Of a stretch of 64,000 nucleotides of DNA, positions 28,344-43,556 are shown piece after piece. The DNA comes from Paraspadella gotoi (Eukaryota > Animalia > Chaetognatha). A program made the translations under genes and the position numbers. The stretch is from NCBI GenBank assembly GCA_051294375.1, contig CM119269.1, forward strand, positions 17,656,265 to 17,720,264. Direction: 5' to 3'. The notes beneath the pieces were generated by a model that was given only the letters and a program-made list of their open reading frames with translations, was not told the origin of the DNA and did not search any database. Position 1 is the stretch's first letter, and each line of letters starts with the position of its first letter.

Positions 28344-28345
28344 CA

Positions 28346-28389
<44 letters not shown>

Positions 28390-31300
28390 TATTGCTTTTA
28401 CTTTTACGTTCACCCTCTTCTTCGCATTCTTAGAAGGGTTAAGGCCGAACGGAAAAATAAACACCAAAGATTCGACAAATTACAAACGAAAATTTTCTCT
28501 GGTTCGAAACAAAAACTCGAAGAAATCGCGCCAGGGCATTTGTTTGAGCATTCGTTTCTGTTTTTAAATCTGTTTTCGCATCAGTTTCTGTTTCTGCATC
28601 CGTTTCTGTTTTTGAGTCCGAAACTGGAAAGTAGATTTTATTTCTTAGTCCCAAGAATGAGTTAACATAACCTGTTTATCGAGTCTGTTTACGCGATTGC
28701 AGTCACAAGCGGTGTATATTTATTTTTAAAAGTTTGAGAGTAATTATACTAATTATCCGCCTCGCCTAATATCAAGATTTTTTTCCCCCGAAAAAAAAAA
28801 GGTAAAAACGGAAAATTGTCAAAAAAGGGAATTGAAATAATAAAACGGGACGACCGAGAACTTTATTAACTTATGCATAAGTAAGTCCCTTCGAGTTAAC
28901 ACCCAATTTTCTTTCATACAACACTTGTTAATTTAGTTATTATTTTTTTAAAGCCGGGGGTCGTAAAAGCACAAAGGGGGTTCAGAACTAAAACTGTCCC
29001 GAAGGAGAAAAAGTTTTTGAAAGCGTCGCATCTTTCTTCATCTTGATATGATGCTCTACGAATTCCATGAGATAAAGACCTCTCCCGCTGCAATGACCCT
29101 AATGTAATAATCGGAATTTATTTTAGTGACTTTTAGAAACAATTTAAAGAATTACGTTTATTTTGTTTTTACCTTTCGACCCGGGGGAGAGTAGGGCGAG
29201 GAAATAGAGGAAGAGAGAGATAGCTGAGGTTAAAATACTATTCAAAAATACTTTTCAAGGAGGCAAATTGTTTTCGGGTATTTAAAAAATAGTAAAACAG
29301 GTCAAATTAGGTTAGTAAGGCCAAAATCATACGTATAGTTTTTAAAAAATCGAAAATATTCGAAACTTATTGGGTAAAATAAACTAAAACTCATTCAAAA
29401 ATGCTTTTTATTGTAATCAATCTTTTTATAGTAAACAAAACGGTTAGAATAACACTAAAACTCGCCATCGCTTCCATGAACTCGCGACAGAAATTTTGAA
29501 GACCGTCGCATCAGGGTTCGGCATAGTAACCTGGTCAGGGTCGCAAAACGCCGCATAGTGTCGGCATAGTGCCGCGTTAGACCTCGGCGAAGCACTCTCC
29601 GAATCGGCAAGGCGAGATTAAGTCTGAAATTACATCGCGTCAGGCGAATATGAGGACGAATATGGAAAAAAAAATAGAGAAAGTTATATTGTTTTTCTTT
29701 CGCGGTTTTTTTTATTTCTTTATTAATGATAGAATAGGCCAACCCACATCATTCCCTATGAAAAAAAATCGCTTGGCTTTGCCTTTTGGGAAAAGTTCTG
29801 GCAAACAATATAACTTTTTAAAAAAAGTTCATTTTCTTTTAAAACTTGTTTAAATATCAAACAAAGTAAGGTTTTAATTCTGTAATTAATCAATTCGTAA
29901 TTATGAAAGTCGAAAACGCTCTTGCTCATCAGCACAATGTCGTGATCTGGACAATCTCTCGCTTCAGACTCCTTTTTTTCTCTCTTCACGGGTACTTTTT
30001 TCGTCAGGCCCAATAATCTTTGTCTTCTCTCCTCTCTCTCGCTCTCTTCCGAAAGATGTAACTCTGAGACAGAAAATGTTTCCCGAAGGCTGCAAGGGCA
30101 AAGGTAAAGCGATGTTGCCACACCTTAAATGCTTGTTGGTATCGACAAAATTGAAAACAAAGATCCACAATAAATTGTAAGTCAAAAATAGATTGAAAAC
30201 TAGTAAGTCTCTCATATAGGTAGTTTAAAGTGACTTTGTTTAAAAGATATTTGAGGTTTATTTTATTTAAAAATAAAATTACTACTATATATAGTATAAA
30301 TCATAAAGTAATACTTTCCAAAAGCGCCCATTTCAGCGCTGGTTCAGAAATTGGGTGAAAGAATATTGGTAATGCGGCTTAGAGTGAGACATTATCGTTG
30401 ATGATTAGGTATTTCGTTAAGAATTTTGTAAGAGATTAGCTTTTAGTTATATGGTTTAAAATTTAATTTTACGAAATAATTAAATACGAATTTCTTGGTC
30501 TTGGGTGAAGTTGGGTGAGTTTGGGTTTTCAATGGTATTGAGATAAATTTAATCCTACTTTCTCCATAATGTTTTCCTCATTTTCCTAGCATTCTTATAA
30601 TCCCCTTCTTTTCCTAGATATGAACAAACATACCACATACACATACCCATCTTCACATTTACAAGAACGAAATCTATTTGTCCCTTATTCAAAGTATAAA
30701 TGCTTTTTGGTTAGTTCAATATCACGTCCTATATTTAGACAGTTGGCTCAGTTACAGCTAATAGAGTAATTAGACTTAGTCATAACACAGTTAAAATCGA
30801 TTAAAAAAAAATTAGCAAACAAAAAAAAATTTATTTGAAAATATTTAATATTGGAACTATGGTCCCAAGCCTTAATATTACTATAGAATTTTATAAGAAT
30901 TTATAAGATTTTTTTCTTAGGACAGGACAGAAAACGTCAGTGGCGGAGAAGCTCTTATTTTATTGTCTTGCTCTGTTTAATAAACTTTTTCAACGCCTCA
31001 ATGTCAATTTCGAAAAATCCGACCGGTAAATGAAAACGCCCGGAGCGAGTTCGCCTCGAAGGGAGCAGAAACCCTTAATGAGGTTCGTTGCTAACTGAAT
31101 TGAAGCTTCAGCCCACCTCTGAGGTGCGAATATCTCAGAATCTTTTCTCTTCTCTCTCTCTCACACACACAGAATAAATTTTGCTTAGATCAATCCACTG
31201 ACGACCTCGTAGTGCGCGTGTGTGGTGTGTGTTAAAGAGAGAGAGATAGAGAGAGAGCTTTTTTGCTGTCAAAATCAATTCGCAATTGACGAATGGAGAA

Positions 31301-32554
31301 TGACGACCCACAAGTTTTTTTTTTTAATGTTTTATTTCAACGTATCACTGCTTATTTTGTTCATTTTTTACAATGAACAAACAGACGCGACAAAAAGAAT
31401 ACACATTAATTAGAAAAAAAAAAAACCGAATTAATAAATAATTATTCTCGACGACCGTGGCGTAGAACGAAAAAAAACAGAACAATAACGAAAATCATAT
31501 CCACTGCAATTGTAATATTAAAAAAAAGGTTAAATAAAAGTATCGGGGAAACAAAATAGCTTTTTTTTACTTCTCTACGTATATGATGACGTCATAAGGC
31601 GCCCACCCGATTTTTAAAAAACAACAAGCTAATACCACAGTAGATTAACAACAACCTTAAAAGTAAAAATAAACAAATTACTAGGGAAGCTTTCCTTTCG
31701 CCTCAATAATGAGAGAGAGAGGAATCGATGCTATTACATCTCAGAAGGGTTGGAATTGGACGAGAGGAGATAAAAAATCTCGAAATGAAAATCCGAATTC
31801 GAATGTGGGGGTCGACAAAGGGGAAAGGAAGCGGAGGAGAAAATGAGACTGGAATGTCAGAAATGATAAAAAGACAAATGATGACGACTGGGGAAGGGCA
31901 AAAGTTATAACACATAAAAAGGTATTAAAAAAGAATTAACTGGAAACGACAGAAGAAAAGTATTGAAAAAGAAAGAAGCTAGTTGCTATGGCTGAAAAAA
32001 AATTGAAAAAAGATATAAAAAGAAAAAAAGGAAAAAATAAGAAAACTGGAAAAGAAGGAGACGATGAATGACTAATGAGATTCAAATTCAAAGAGAAAGC
32101 GAATCCAAAAAAGGGAGGATAAAAAAGAACGGGGGGGGGGAAACCGTCGTTGGAATCTTAACAATATTTTTATATGAGAAAATATTAATGAGGGTCAGGC
32201 AATGGAAAGAGGTGAGGGAAGGAGAGGGAATGGATATAATGGCGTTGAATGTCGAGACAAATCACGTGAGCGAACGACGACGAATAAAAAGAAGACTTTG
32301 TTTCGAATGGTCTCTTTTTCCTTCTCTTTTTTTTTTTTGTTTTGTTTTTTGCCGCGCGGCGCTCGAACTTGTGCGTTGGGAAATATCAAGTTTCGAATTA
32401 TTGCGTTTTTATTTTTGGCGGATGCAGAATCATGAAGTGGGAGGTCAGAGGATTGTGGAAGAATTGTAAGAGTTGGATGACGCAGGGAAGATGGCAAATG
32501 CAGATACGCCAAGGGGTTACGCGTCAACGCAGAAGGTTGACAGCGTTCCCGCGA

Positions 32555-35500
32555 TCACCACAATGGCGCCGCCGCCAGCGCCCATCGCTGAGAGGACGCC
32601 AAGAAAGACCGCCGACGAAGGCCGCTTTCGACACGTTCGGGCGCCGTTGGGCGGACGCGGCGCGCCCCGTCCTTCCACGACGCAGTAACTGCCGACCCAC
32701 TTTCCGTCGCACTTGGTGGCTTTTCTCGACCCTTGTCGTCCTGCCGCGGCTTGACCGGGCGTTAGGGGATCCGATTCTCGCGGCGGTCTCTGCCGCGGCG
32801 TTGACGTCGCCGCGGCCGCTTCCCCTCAATTCCGAACCCGTCCTCGGCGTAGTCTTCTTTTGTCGTCGTCGTCGTCGTCGATTCGCTCGGCGTTGTCGTC
32901 AGCCGCTTCCGCTTCCCCTCGCCCGATGACGCGCTTGCTTCAAGTTCCGGCCTTCGACGTCCATTCCGTTGTAGGCGTTTTTTAGTCGTTGCGTCATCGA
33001 TCGCAGCGCCACCAGTTTTCTGAATAATGGTTTCAAGAAAGATCCAAAAATGTCCCAAGAAATTTCGAAGAAGTATTCTGATCTTTCTTTCATTACATTC
33101 AAATTGAAAAATAGAAACAAAACTGAATAATTTGGCTTTTACAAGATGAAATAGTTAAAATAGAAATTAATCGTTTTGAAACACAAAGTTATTTTTATAA
33201 AAATTCTAAGAATATCATCGCAGATGAATCGGAAAAATCAAAATCCTTGTTAAAATGCTAAAATGTTAAAAATTTAAGTAATTATTATACCTTTACTGCG
33301 AGTTTTTACCACATATCACGCATTACAATTTAGGAGAGACAACCTAATTGATCATTGATAATCAGATAACATCTGTATCCATTTTCCAGCGTTGATATAA
33401 ACAATGGGGAAAAAGAGAAACCTAAACAATTCTTCACAGACCTTGATACGCTGTTCGGCTTAAGAGATTCGTTGTGCGAGGAAATGGAAGGAAACTCTGG
33501 TTCTTCGTCTGTGCCTCAACCCGTCGCCACGAACAGCGGCTCGTATCGACCTTTGCCGCGCCCGTTCCAGCGACGCCTCCTCCGTCGGCCGTCTCCGCCG
33601 CCAGATCTTCTCTCGTTTGTTGCAGACGTTGTGGGGCAGGTGCGTCCAGATGCTGCGGGAGATCTTGATCTTCGACTTCATCTCGCGGACGAGAAAGTCA
33701 GGGATTCCCGTGGGGATTGTGACGAGTGCCACCGACGCCGAGGCCGGAACCGGCGCCGCCACTGAATCCGCCACGCTCGTAGTTCATCTCCACGAAGACG
33801 CCGTCGTTTTTGGGTCCACCGGCGCCACCGCGACGTGCACCGCCGCTGCCGGGCGCGTCGGGAAAACTGACCGGGACGCCCGGAATCGACACGGCCTTCG
33901 TCAATTATGACGTCGTCACCCTCTGCGTCGTCAACTCTAAGAGAAGTGATGCCAGCGCCGCCAGTCGACGCCGATCGGCTAAGGCGTCGCGACGGTCGCG
34001 GTCGTCGGCGTCGGACGCTTCGGGTGTCTCCGCGCCGCGTCGGGTACGAAGAGATGCGCGGGCGCTGACCGAGCGGCGCCGCCGGTTGTGGTTGAAGTCC
34101 GGAGTGCCGCATTGCCTGAAGACACGCTTCGAGACCTGTGGAAAATGGGAAGGGTCAACTAAATTCGCATGAATTCAATACACATATGTACATATATCCT
34201 TCCTTCGTGTGATCTTCAGGTCAAGTTGGTTGACGTTAGTCTGTATGTCATAAAATGAGTCCTTGTGGCGGTATATTCACACCGCCTCACATCACCATCG
34301 CTCAGCCAATACCATTGATCAGAGGGTGAATACACCATCCAGGCTTGTGTTCCATTGAGACTGTCCTAGGGTAACCGCGCTAGTGATTGGAGGCGTCACT
34401 GAGGGTCGGAAGCCCCCAAAGCCAACAGTGAGATGCCCCATCGCAATGGGCATCACAGGCAACCCGGCTGTTGGCCATATCCTCATGCAAATTTATATTT
34501 TTCTCTTTTTTCTTTCTCTTTTTCTCACCTCGGCGCTCGTATCCTGAAAATTCATGATGGCCTCGGAGATTTTGACGTCTTACGGTCGACGACTTGCTCG
34601 ATGTTGAAGGGACCTTCGAGGCGATCGGCGAGCATCGTCAACGGCGTCCGTGAATTTGTTCCAGGTGCTGTCCAGTTCGGACTGAAGGGAGAACGGAATA
34701 CCGATCAGAAAGAGAACGATTGAATATGAAAGAAAACAACAATTACAATAAAAAAAGTCAAGAATAGAGAAATGGAGGAAAATAATTGTTTTCATAAATA
34801 AAAATGAAGAATAAAAATAAAAAAAGATAATTTATCAATTGTGAAAGAAAAAGTTTATTATATCGAGATATTCTGACAAAAACCCCCGCCCCAGCCACCC
34901 ACCCCGTTAACTTCCTCCATCCCTCCGCCCTACCTGCTGCGATAAGCATCCCTTCATGACGTTGAGACAGAGGGAGTTGCAGGGTCGAATGGCGGGCAGG
35001 CCCTGACAGTGTGGGCAAAACTTCATCCGCATCAGGGCGACGTGGCAGAGCTGCGACGGCTGCAGCTCCGAAGATCGATGGATGACGTCGCGCCCGACGG
35101 CCAGCGCCTGGACGAACGATCTCGCCGCCGTGAAGGAACGCTTGACCTGGAGGGTGAGCCGCTGCGGAACGTCCTTGAAGGGCTTCAGTTCCTCCATAAG
35201 GTCGGTGACGCAGGTGAGGTAACCCTCGTCGAACTGAAGAGTAAAAATTGGATGAGGGGTTTGACTGTTTGGACTGTTTGGTGCAAATCATTCAATCGGT
35301 GCAGTCAATCTTGTCGACTGCCATTTGACTGGGGAGTTTGATTCTCTTGGGTAGATGCGTATCATCCTTATTTAGGTAAAAGGGAGAATCCTATGTCTTT
35401 TGTTATAGCTGAGAAATGAACCTATTTAATTGGTCGTTGGTCTCTAAGTCATAACTACAATTTTATCTGATTGAAAGTCGAATTTGAGGCTTGGATTTTG

Positions 35501-35680
35501 ATTTGACGAAGTTGTTCTATGTTTGGTGCAATATGCATAGCCTTTTTTATATAGAACATACGAGCAAACAAAATGAGCGGGCGGAACAAGACGAGCAAAA
35601 ATTAGCGTGGTGAGAGGCGCGTAACGTCTTTGTGTTCTGATCTTTGCTTACTGATCGATTGGCAACAAAGACGGTGGCAC

Positions 35681-35733
<53 letters not shown>

Positions 35734-37781
35734 TCTCTCCATCTCTCTCTCTCTCTCTCTCTCCTCTCTCTCTCCAATGCCCTGAAGGGTAAGTGGGCAA
35801 ATTTGCCCGCGAGAACAACACTCTCCTCTCTCTCTCTCTCTCTCTCTTTCTCCCTGCACACACCAGGTATTGTGTCAACAATCCAGTGGCCCCGCTCTCT
35901 CGACCAAAAGGGAAAACAAGAAAGAAAGAAATAAAAACAGGGCGAATATCCGGTTTTTGTTTGGCCATTCATCGAGAAACAGAGAAGGTGGCGGAGGGGA
36001 GGTAGGGGGGGGGTGGAAAGAAAGACGAGGAAAAAGACGGAGAGAATGTGGACAATCTGTAATCTTCTCGACGCTAATCCCTTGAAAAAATACCTTTAAT
36101 CGTTTCGTCAGTAGAGGTTTTCGGTCGGTTGGACTCTCTTTGTCCCTCATTTGACGGGAAATGATTAAGAAGAAAAGAGCCCTCGCTTTTTTAATATTTT
36201 TTTGGATTTTCTGTTACGGGGAGGGGAAAGAAGTTTTCTCCCTACGATGGATCGATGACACGAAATGAGATGGGAGACTTCGATCGAAAAGATCGAGAAT
36301 TTTAAGAGAAAATCGCGTCTTTAATAATTAAAAAAAAGGGAAGAAATTGCGCTCTCCCTTTTATTTGATTTTCAAGATCCAGAGGTTGGCTGGAAGGTTT
36401 TTATATTTATTTTTTATTTCCCCAATTTTAAAAGTTCCTATTTTAACGATGAGCAATTGACATTTTCTTTTCCTTTTAAGTTATTTTTTTCGGCTCCCGT
36501 CAAAAAAATCCTGCTGGTAATCGATCGAGAATCTCCGAAAAAAATTAAGGCAACTCGATTTATTTTTAATTATTTTTAGTTTTGGACCCAGGGACTTTCG
36601 ATTCAAGCGTCAGATCGAATTTTTGTAGCAGACCAATTAAAAAAATTCAGCGTCAAAATATATATATATTTATTTCTAGTATTTTATTTCCCAATTTGCA
36701 GGTGTCTGCGAAAATTAATGACAATTTCCACCAATCAACCGCTATTAGTCTCGAATTAACCGTGCCGGGTCCAAACGTTAACCCGTGAGTCTCCATACAC
36801 GTCAAAATCTCATCCCTCCCGCCAACTCCCACGTACCCTACCCTCCAAACGCACCTGGTACTGCGCGTTCAACAACATGGAACATCTTCTTAAGGAGCTC
36901 GGCAAAAAAGTTGTCCATCACGTCGCCGAGATCGACGTTGCCCCCGCGAAAGAACTTCCTCAGGTCTCGGAAGAGATCCTCGAAGACCTTGGAGTTTTGC
37001 TCGTAGAGGGCCCGTAGGTGCGGAGGAACATTTTGTTGAGGTCTTTTCCCCGTTGTCGAGGAGGCGCGCGTAGAACTGGTCGAACCGTGCCGTCTGGGCT
37101 GTGAAGAGGCGGCGGAGGTGTTTGGTAGATTCGCGCAGGCTGTCGTCAAAGTCCACGCGGCACCTGGCCGACAGTTTGTGTTCCATGCCGCGGGTGCAGC
37201 AGGTGCCGTTGCCGCCGCCGCTGCTGCAGAACTGAAGTCGCTCGCCGACGATGGGGAGAAAGGGGACGTCGGTGCGGGAGAGGGCCGACTGATGGGGCGG
37301 AGCGTTTCACCTCGTGACAGCCTTGAGAGAAGAGGGAAGGGAAAAGAACATAGAAAGGGATTTAAATTTTGAGAATATTACGTACTTATAATTAAATATA
37401 CATGATTATATTTTATGAATTTAAGGGAAACAGTGATTTTACATTTTCTTTATACATTCGATTGTTTGACGACTCTGAATTCGCAACTAACTAGCAATCT
37501 TGTTTCCTGGATTACCACTTCATTCCAGACACCCACGCAAAGTTTTTAGATTTGGCTTTTAGAGGGCCTACGCGGTCTCCGTCCTTTATACGGCGAGAGG
37601 GAAGGTCGTCCGTTCGATCCGGTTCTAAACTTTTTTTTTTACTTTTTTACTTTTGGACGAAAAACGAAAATATTTTTCCTTTTTTCTCCTCCTTTCGATT
37701 CTCTTTTGTTTGATTTCCTTTTTTTCGCACCAAGGTGAACTTTGCTTCTTCCAAGAATTTCCGATTCTCTCTCTTGGTCTC

Positions 37782-37845
<64 letters not shown>

Positions 37846-38963
37846 CATCCTCTCCAAATAACCGCGCGCCATTCAAAACAGTTTTTTTTTTTCTTTAAAA
37901 CAAATCTGTCCCGTTTCGTCATCGTCACTTCGGTGACAATCCTCGTCACGGACGTCGTCGTCGTCGTCGTCGTAAGTCGTCGTCTTTGGTGGCAAGGGTC
38001 GTCCTTTGCCGCAACTTTTTGACTCCTCGTCGCGAATCGTGCTCGGCATCGGAGTCTCACGGGCCACTCGGGGCCACCGGGTCTCGAAGACGACCCACCA
38101 GGGACGTTCGCACGCCCCCTCTTGCCCCGCGTCATTGTTCAAACGGACCGCCCTCACTCGAGACGTAGAAACAACACAATTTTGGTTCACTCCGTAGCTC
38201 ACTCCTGTTTCTTCCCGCATTCGATATTAGATTTAATAATCCATCACCTTTTGCGGACCATTTACACATTAAATGAAAACTTGACACGGTCAAGTTAAGT
38301 ATTCTCAGTTGACTCACAAGAGGAATTAGGTATTCGGATCGAAATCTACAGTAAAGCCAAGTTTAATAAAACTGAAAAATAATAATGTAAGAAATACAAA
38401 GGACACAAAGGACGATACTATTTACTAATTATCCAGGTCTTGTTCTTAACTTTTGCCCCGTCACTTTTTCACCGCTTCAGCATGCTTTTTCATTTTTGGT
38501 CGGAATTGTCTTGAGCTTTAATGTTTCTTCAATATAATAATTGTAAGATCTTTCCTACATTAGGAGAAGTGACTTTCGTCTAAAAAAATATTTAGCAAGT
38601 GACAAAAATCAACAAACACAAAAATCATACAACTTTTTACCTGTGTTAACGGCTCCCACTTGGGAAACGAAGTGAATACGGCGAAGACGACGGCGACGAA
38701 AATCGACGCCGCCGCTTTGATTCTTCGCCGCGCCGAACCGTTCGTCGTCCGTCGACTCCTGGCGACGCCGCGGAGACTTTGGCGTCGCCCGTCGAGGCCG
38801 TCGACGAGGCTGTGGGGAGATTTCCGCTTCGAGGGCGCGTCGTCGTAGTAGTCGTCGTGGCCGCCGTCGTCGCCCGTTCGCGCGCCTAATCTCGATTTTG
38901 TAAAACCGGAAGCGTCAAGGAGTTCCAACACACGTCGGCGATCGATTCGCTGTCGTTCGCCAT
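32555..38963 (-). pseudogene. Mirror copy of the glypican gene with frameshifts (probably an uncorrected duplicate of the same locus, not a true pseudogene)
   Basis: Exons on - strand: 38641-38963, 36855-37321, 34934-35233, 34529-34681, 33442-34135, 32555-33019. Exon 3 translates identically to the + copy; the other exons carry small indels (e.g. GGAAAAGACC vs GGAAAAGGACC, TTCCATGTTG vs TTCCAGTTG). Confidence 0.85.
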
Positions 38964-39657
38964 CTCTGTTTTGGTTTTGTTTTTTTGTTCTTTTGTTTTG
39001 AGTTTTGGTTTTTTTTCGATCCGAGTCGGGGTGAAAGGGGGAGAGAGTTTTGTGAGTGTGGGAGGAGATGATATCACAGCTCGTTTCTTTGTTACGCGGA
39101 GTCGAAATCCTACTGCGGTTTTTTTTTTCTCTTGGGCTTCGGTGGGTGTTTTAAGTATCCGTAATTATATTCTTTGTTTTTTTTTAATTCAATCCTTTTT
39201 ATAAAATTATTGTGTAGTATTTTGGTTTTTATTTAAGATCGGAAGGTGTCCTTCGTGGCGCCACCAGGGCGGCAGGTCGTAGACGAAGGTGGGAGGGGGA
39301 GACAGCGTCGCCCGACGAATTCGATGCCGTTTAACTTTCGTCAAACCATCGTTCGTTTCTAAAATTTAAAATTTAACAAGTTAGATTTTAAATATTATAT
39401 TTCTAAGTACAATTTTCAGTTGGTTTTTTTTTATTATTCTTTCCCGTCGTTTTCGTCTCTCGCCGCATTTTTTTTTCTGACTCGATGATCAAAAGGGAGT
39501 TTCATTATTCTTTACGAAGCCGAGTTACGATTCGAGTTAAACGCTGCAGAGAGAGGAGAGAGAGAGAGAGAGAGAGGGAGAGAGGTTTTGTGGTTTATAA
39601 CGAGAGAGAGGAGGAGAGAACGAGAATGAGAGAGAATGAGCGAGTCGCAAGGATATT

Positions 39658-39722
<65 letters not shown>

Positions 39723-39749
39723 GCTCCGTTCCGGAGCCCCGGCTACATC

Positions 39750-39818
<69 letters not shown>

Positions 39819-40040
39819 GCGAAGCAGGAGATGATAAAGGGGAAGGTGAGGAGGAAGGGGAGGAAGATAAGTAGAAAGGGAGGCGGTGAGGAAGATGAGG
39901 GTTGAGGAGGAAGGGAGGAGGAGAATCAAGGAGCAGCGACAGCCGCGGCGGAGCAGAGGCAGAAGTTCGCCGCCTTTCGGTTTACATTCGAGAAACGAGT
40001 GATAAAAGAAATCGAGAAGAAGAGAGAGAAAATAAAGACC

Positions 40041-40127
<87 letters not shown>

Positions 40128-41563
40128 AGAGAAAAAGAAAGTCGCCGGAAAAGAAACTGGAACTTCCTTCGTGAAGAAAAATCACGGTCGAACTGATGAT
40201 AATCTCACCGAAAGAGAGAGAAAAAACTCGGTTTTTTTTTCGTCGAATAACGAAAATAATTTGTCATTTTTTACGTCGGTTCCTCAGCCAGCTTATCATA
40301 GCCGAGAATCTGACTTAAGTTCGCCAATGAGAACGAAATTGAAGAGATAGAGTCTTGACGTCCTGCAATAAGAGCGAGATGCGGAGAGAGAACCGACCAA
40401 TCAGAGCTCGGACCTCGAAGTGAAATGAAAGGCGAGGGTTCTAAAAAACATTTTTTTCGGTATCGCGGGTCTCTCACGGAAGAAAACTTGCCGCGTGTGT
40501 GAGAGTCTGCGGTATTTGTGTGTGTGAGTGTGAGAGAGAGAGAGAGCATGTGTGGGGCGACGGAGACCGGACTCCAGGGGCGGTAGGTAGATCCCACCAC
40601 CCGACTGTGGGGGAAAAGAAGTGAGGGAAATTAGAAGAAAACACTTTTTTAGTTAGAAAAACGCGTATTTCGGAAAAACGAAGTCAAAATTAAAAAACTT
40701 ATAAACTAAGGTGGTAAAACCCGAAAAAGATTCTAATTTTTTGACGATGAATGACACGTGGTTACTGGTAAGGTTTCAGCTTTGGAATGACTGTATTGAA
40801 AAAAAAATTATTGTAAAATTTTTTTCAGTGTGTTCGTTTTCTTTCTTTTTTTGGCGATCTCTTCTTGCCAACTAAAAGATCATTTTGAGCCCTGAAATTT
40901 AGGGTAAAAAAAAATTTTTTAAATGATGTTAAAAATAGATAAAAAATTATGTTAAAATGGGATGAAATTGCGTTAAAAACCTGAAATATATACAAAAACC
41001 CCAACGGACCTCGGCGAGCGTACAAAAAAAGGCCGCGTCTTTAAGTTGAAACGATATTTTGAAATAACCTCGATATATTTAAAAGAGTTTTCCCCCCAGA
41101 AAATTTCTTGCCTCTCCACAAACGAAGCCGCAGTATTTCTTCAAAAAAGAAAAGCGTATCAATTCTGCCCCAATGACAACTACAGCTCGACGCCCGCCGA
41201 TTATCTATTTTTGCAAGAGAGAAAGCGAGAATATAAAAACTTTGTAAAGTTTACGATTATAACTTTTTGTTATTTTCGGTTTTTTTATAATGCTTTTTTT
41301 TACTTGTTTTGTTTCATTTAATTTAATTTTTAAAAAAATTGTTTGTTTATACAGTTATTTGTAATATAATTATACTTATGAAATATTTTAAGTTAATAGT
41401 ATGGACAACTGACCGACCAAAAATATTCTATCATTACTTTGAGCTCAACTGCCGTGACTAAAAAGGTTTTTCCGTTTCTTTTGATCATATGGGCTCGCGA
41501 TTTATTGCTGGATGCCCGGAGTTTCGCCGAGTCTGTCACGTCGAAGGCGGCCGCGAGGGAAAC

Positions 41564-41614
<51 letters not shown>

Positions 41615-41788
41615 GAGAGAAGAGAGAGAGAGACGAGAGAGAACGAGAGAGAGAGAGAGAGAGAAAAAAAGTTAAAAAGTTTGGAAAAGAGAGTTTTAAT
41701 AAACCCCAATTTGCGAGTCACTAACGTTCGAAATTTGGGCCAAAGATTTTTCTCCATTTGAACATCGTTTACGTCTAGTCGCGCCTCA

Positions 41789-41847
<59 letters not shown>

Positions 41848-41992
41848 TCTCTCTCTCTCTCTCTCTCTGTAATCGCTCTCTCTCTCCATCTCTGTCAGAT
41901 CTCGGTAGATCCGGAAGGAAATCCCCGACGGTCCACCCGGCACTCACTCTCCTACACGTACCAGTTCACATCGTCTCTCTCTCTTCTCACCC

Positions 41993-42017
41993 NNNNNNNN
42001 NNNNNNNNNNNNNNNNN
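41993..42017. other. Assembly gap, 25 N
   Basis: Run of N in the spacer of the 12 kb inversion. Confidence 0.99.
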
Positions 42018-42955
42018 CTCTCTCTCTCTTCGGTTTCCCTCGCGGCCGCCTTCGACGGTGACAGACTCGGCGAAACTCCGGGCATCCAGCAATAAATCGC
42101 GAGCCCATATCCATCAAAAGAAACGGAAAAACCGTTTTTAGTCACGGCAGTTGAGCTCAAAGTAATGATAGATATTTTTGGTCGGTCAGTTGTCCATACT
42201 ATTAACTTAAAATATTTTCATAAGTATAATTATATTACAAATAACTGTATAAACAAACAATTTTTTTAAAAATTAATAAATTAAATGAAACAAAACAAGT
42301 AAAAAAAAGCATTAAAAAAAACCGAAAAATAACAAAAAGTTATAATCGTAACTCTACAAAGTTTTTATATTCTCGCTTTCTCTCTTGCAAAAATAGTAAT
42401 CGGCGGGCGTCGAGCTGTAGTTGTCATTGGGGCAGAATTGATACGCTTTTCTTTTTTTGAAGAAATACTGCGGCTTCGTTTGTGGAGAGGCAAGAATTTC
42501 TGGGGGGAAAACTCTTTTAAATATATCGAGGTTATTTCAAATATCGTTTCAACTTAAAGACGCGGCCTTTTTTTGTACGCTCGCCGAGGTCCGTTGGGGC
42601 TTTTTGTATATTTTCAGGTTTTTAACGCAATTTCATCCATTTTAACATAATTTTTATCTATTTTAACATCATTTAAAAAATTTTTTTTACCCTAAATTTC
42701 AGGGCTCAAAATGATCTTTTAGTTGGCAAGAAGAGATCGCCAAAAAAAGAAAGAAAACGAACACACTGAAAAAAATTTTACAATAATTTTTTTTTCAATA
42801 CAGTCATTCCAAAGCTGAAACCTTACCAGTTACCACGTGTCATTCATCGTCAAAAAATTAGAATCTTTTTCGGGTTTTACCACCTTAGTTTTATAAGTCT
42901 TTTTAATTTTTACTTCGTTTTTCGCGAAATACGCGTTTTTCTAAGCCTCTGCTTA

Positions 42956-42965
42956 NNNNNNNNNN
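42956..42965. other. Assembly gap, 10 N
   Basis: Run of N; the mirror arm (~40630-40655) spans it with real sequence. Confidence 0.97.
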
Positions 42966-43506
42966 AACTTTCCCTCACTTCTTTTCCCCCACAGTCGGGT
43001 GGTGGATCTACCTACCGCCCCTGAGTTCGGTCTCCGTCGCCCCACACATGCTCTCTCTCTCTCTCACACTCACACACACAAATACGCAGACTCTCACACA
43101 CGCGGCAAGTTTTCTTCGCTGAGAGACCCGCGCGATACCGAAAAAAATGTTTTTTAGAAACCCTCGCCTTTCATTCACTTCGAGGTCCGAGCTCTGATTG
43201 GTCGGTTCCCTCTCAGCATCTCGCTCTTATTGGCAGGACGTCAAGACTCAATCTCTTCAATTTCGTTTCTCATTGGCGAACTTAGTCAGATTCTCGGCTA
43301 TGATAAGCTGGCTGAGAAACGACGTAAAACATGACAAATTATTTTCGTTATTCGACGAAAAAAAAACCGAGTTTTTCTCTCTCTTTCGGTGAGATTATCA
43401 TCGAGTTCGACCGTGATTTTTCTTCACGAAGGAAGTTCCAGTTTCTTTTCACGGCGACTTTCTTTCTCTCTCTCTCTCTCTCTCTCCTCTCTCAGTTCTC
43501 ATCTTC

Positions 43507-43556
<50 letters not shown>

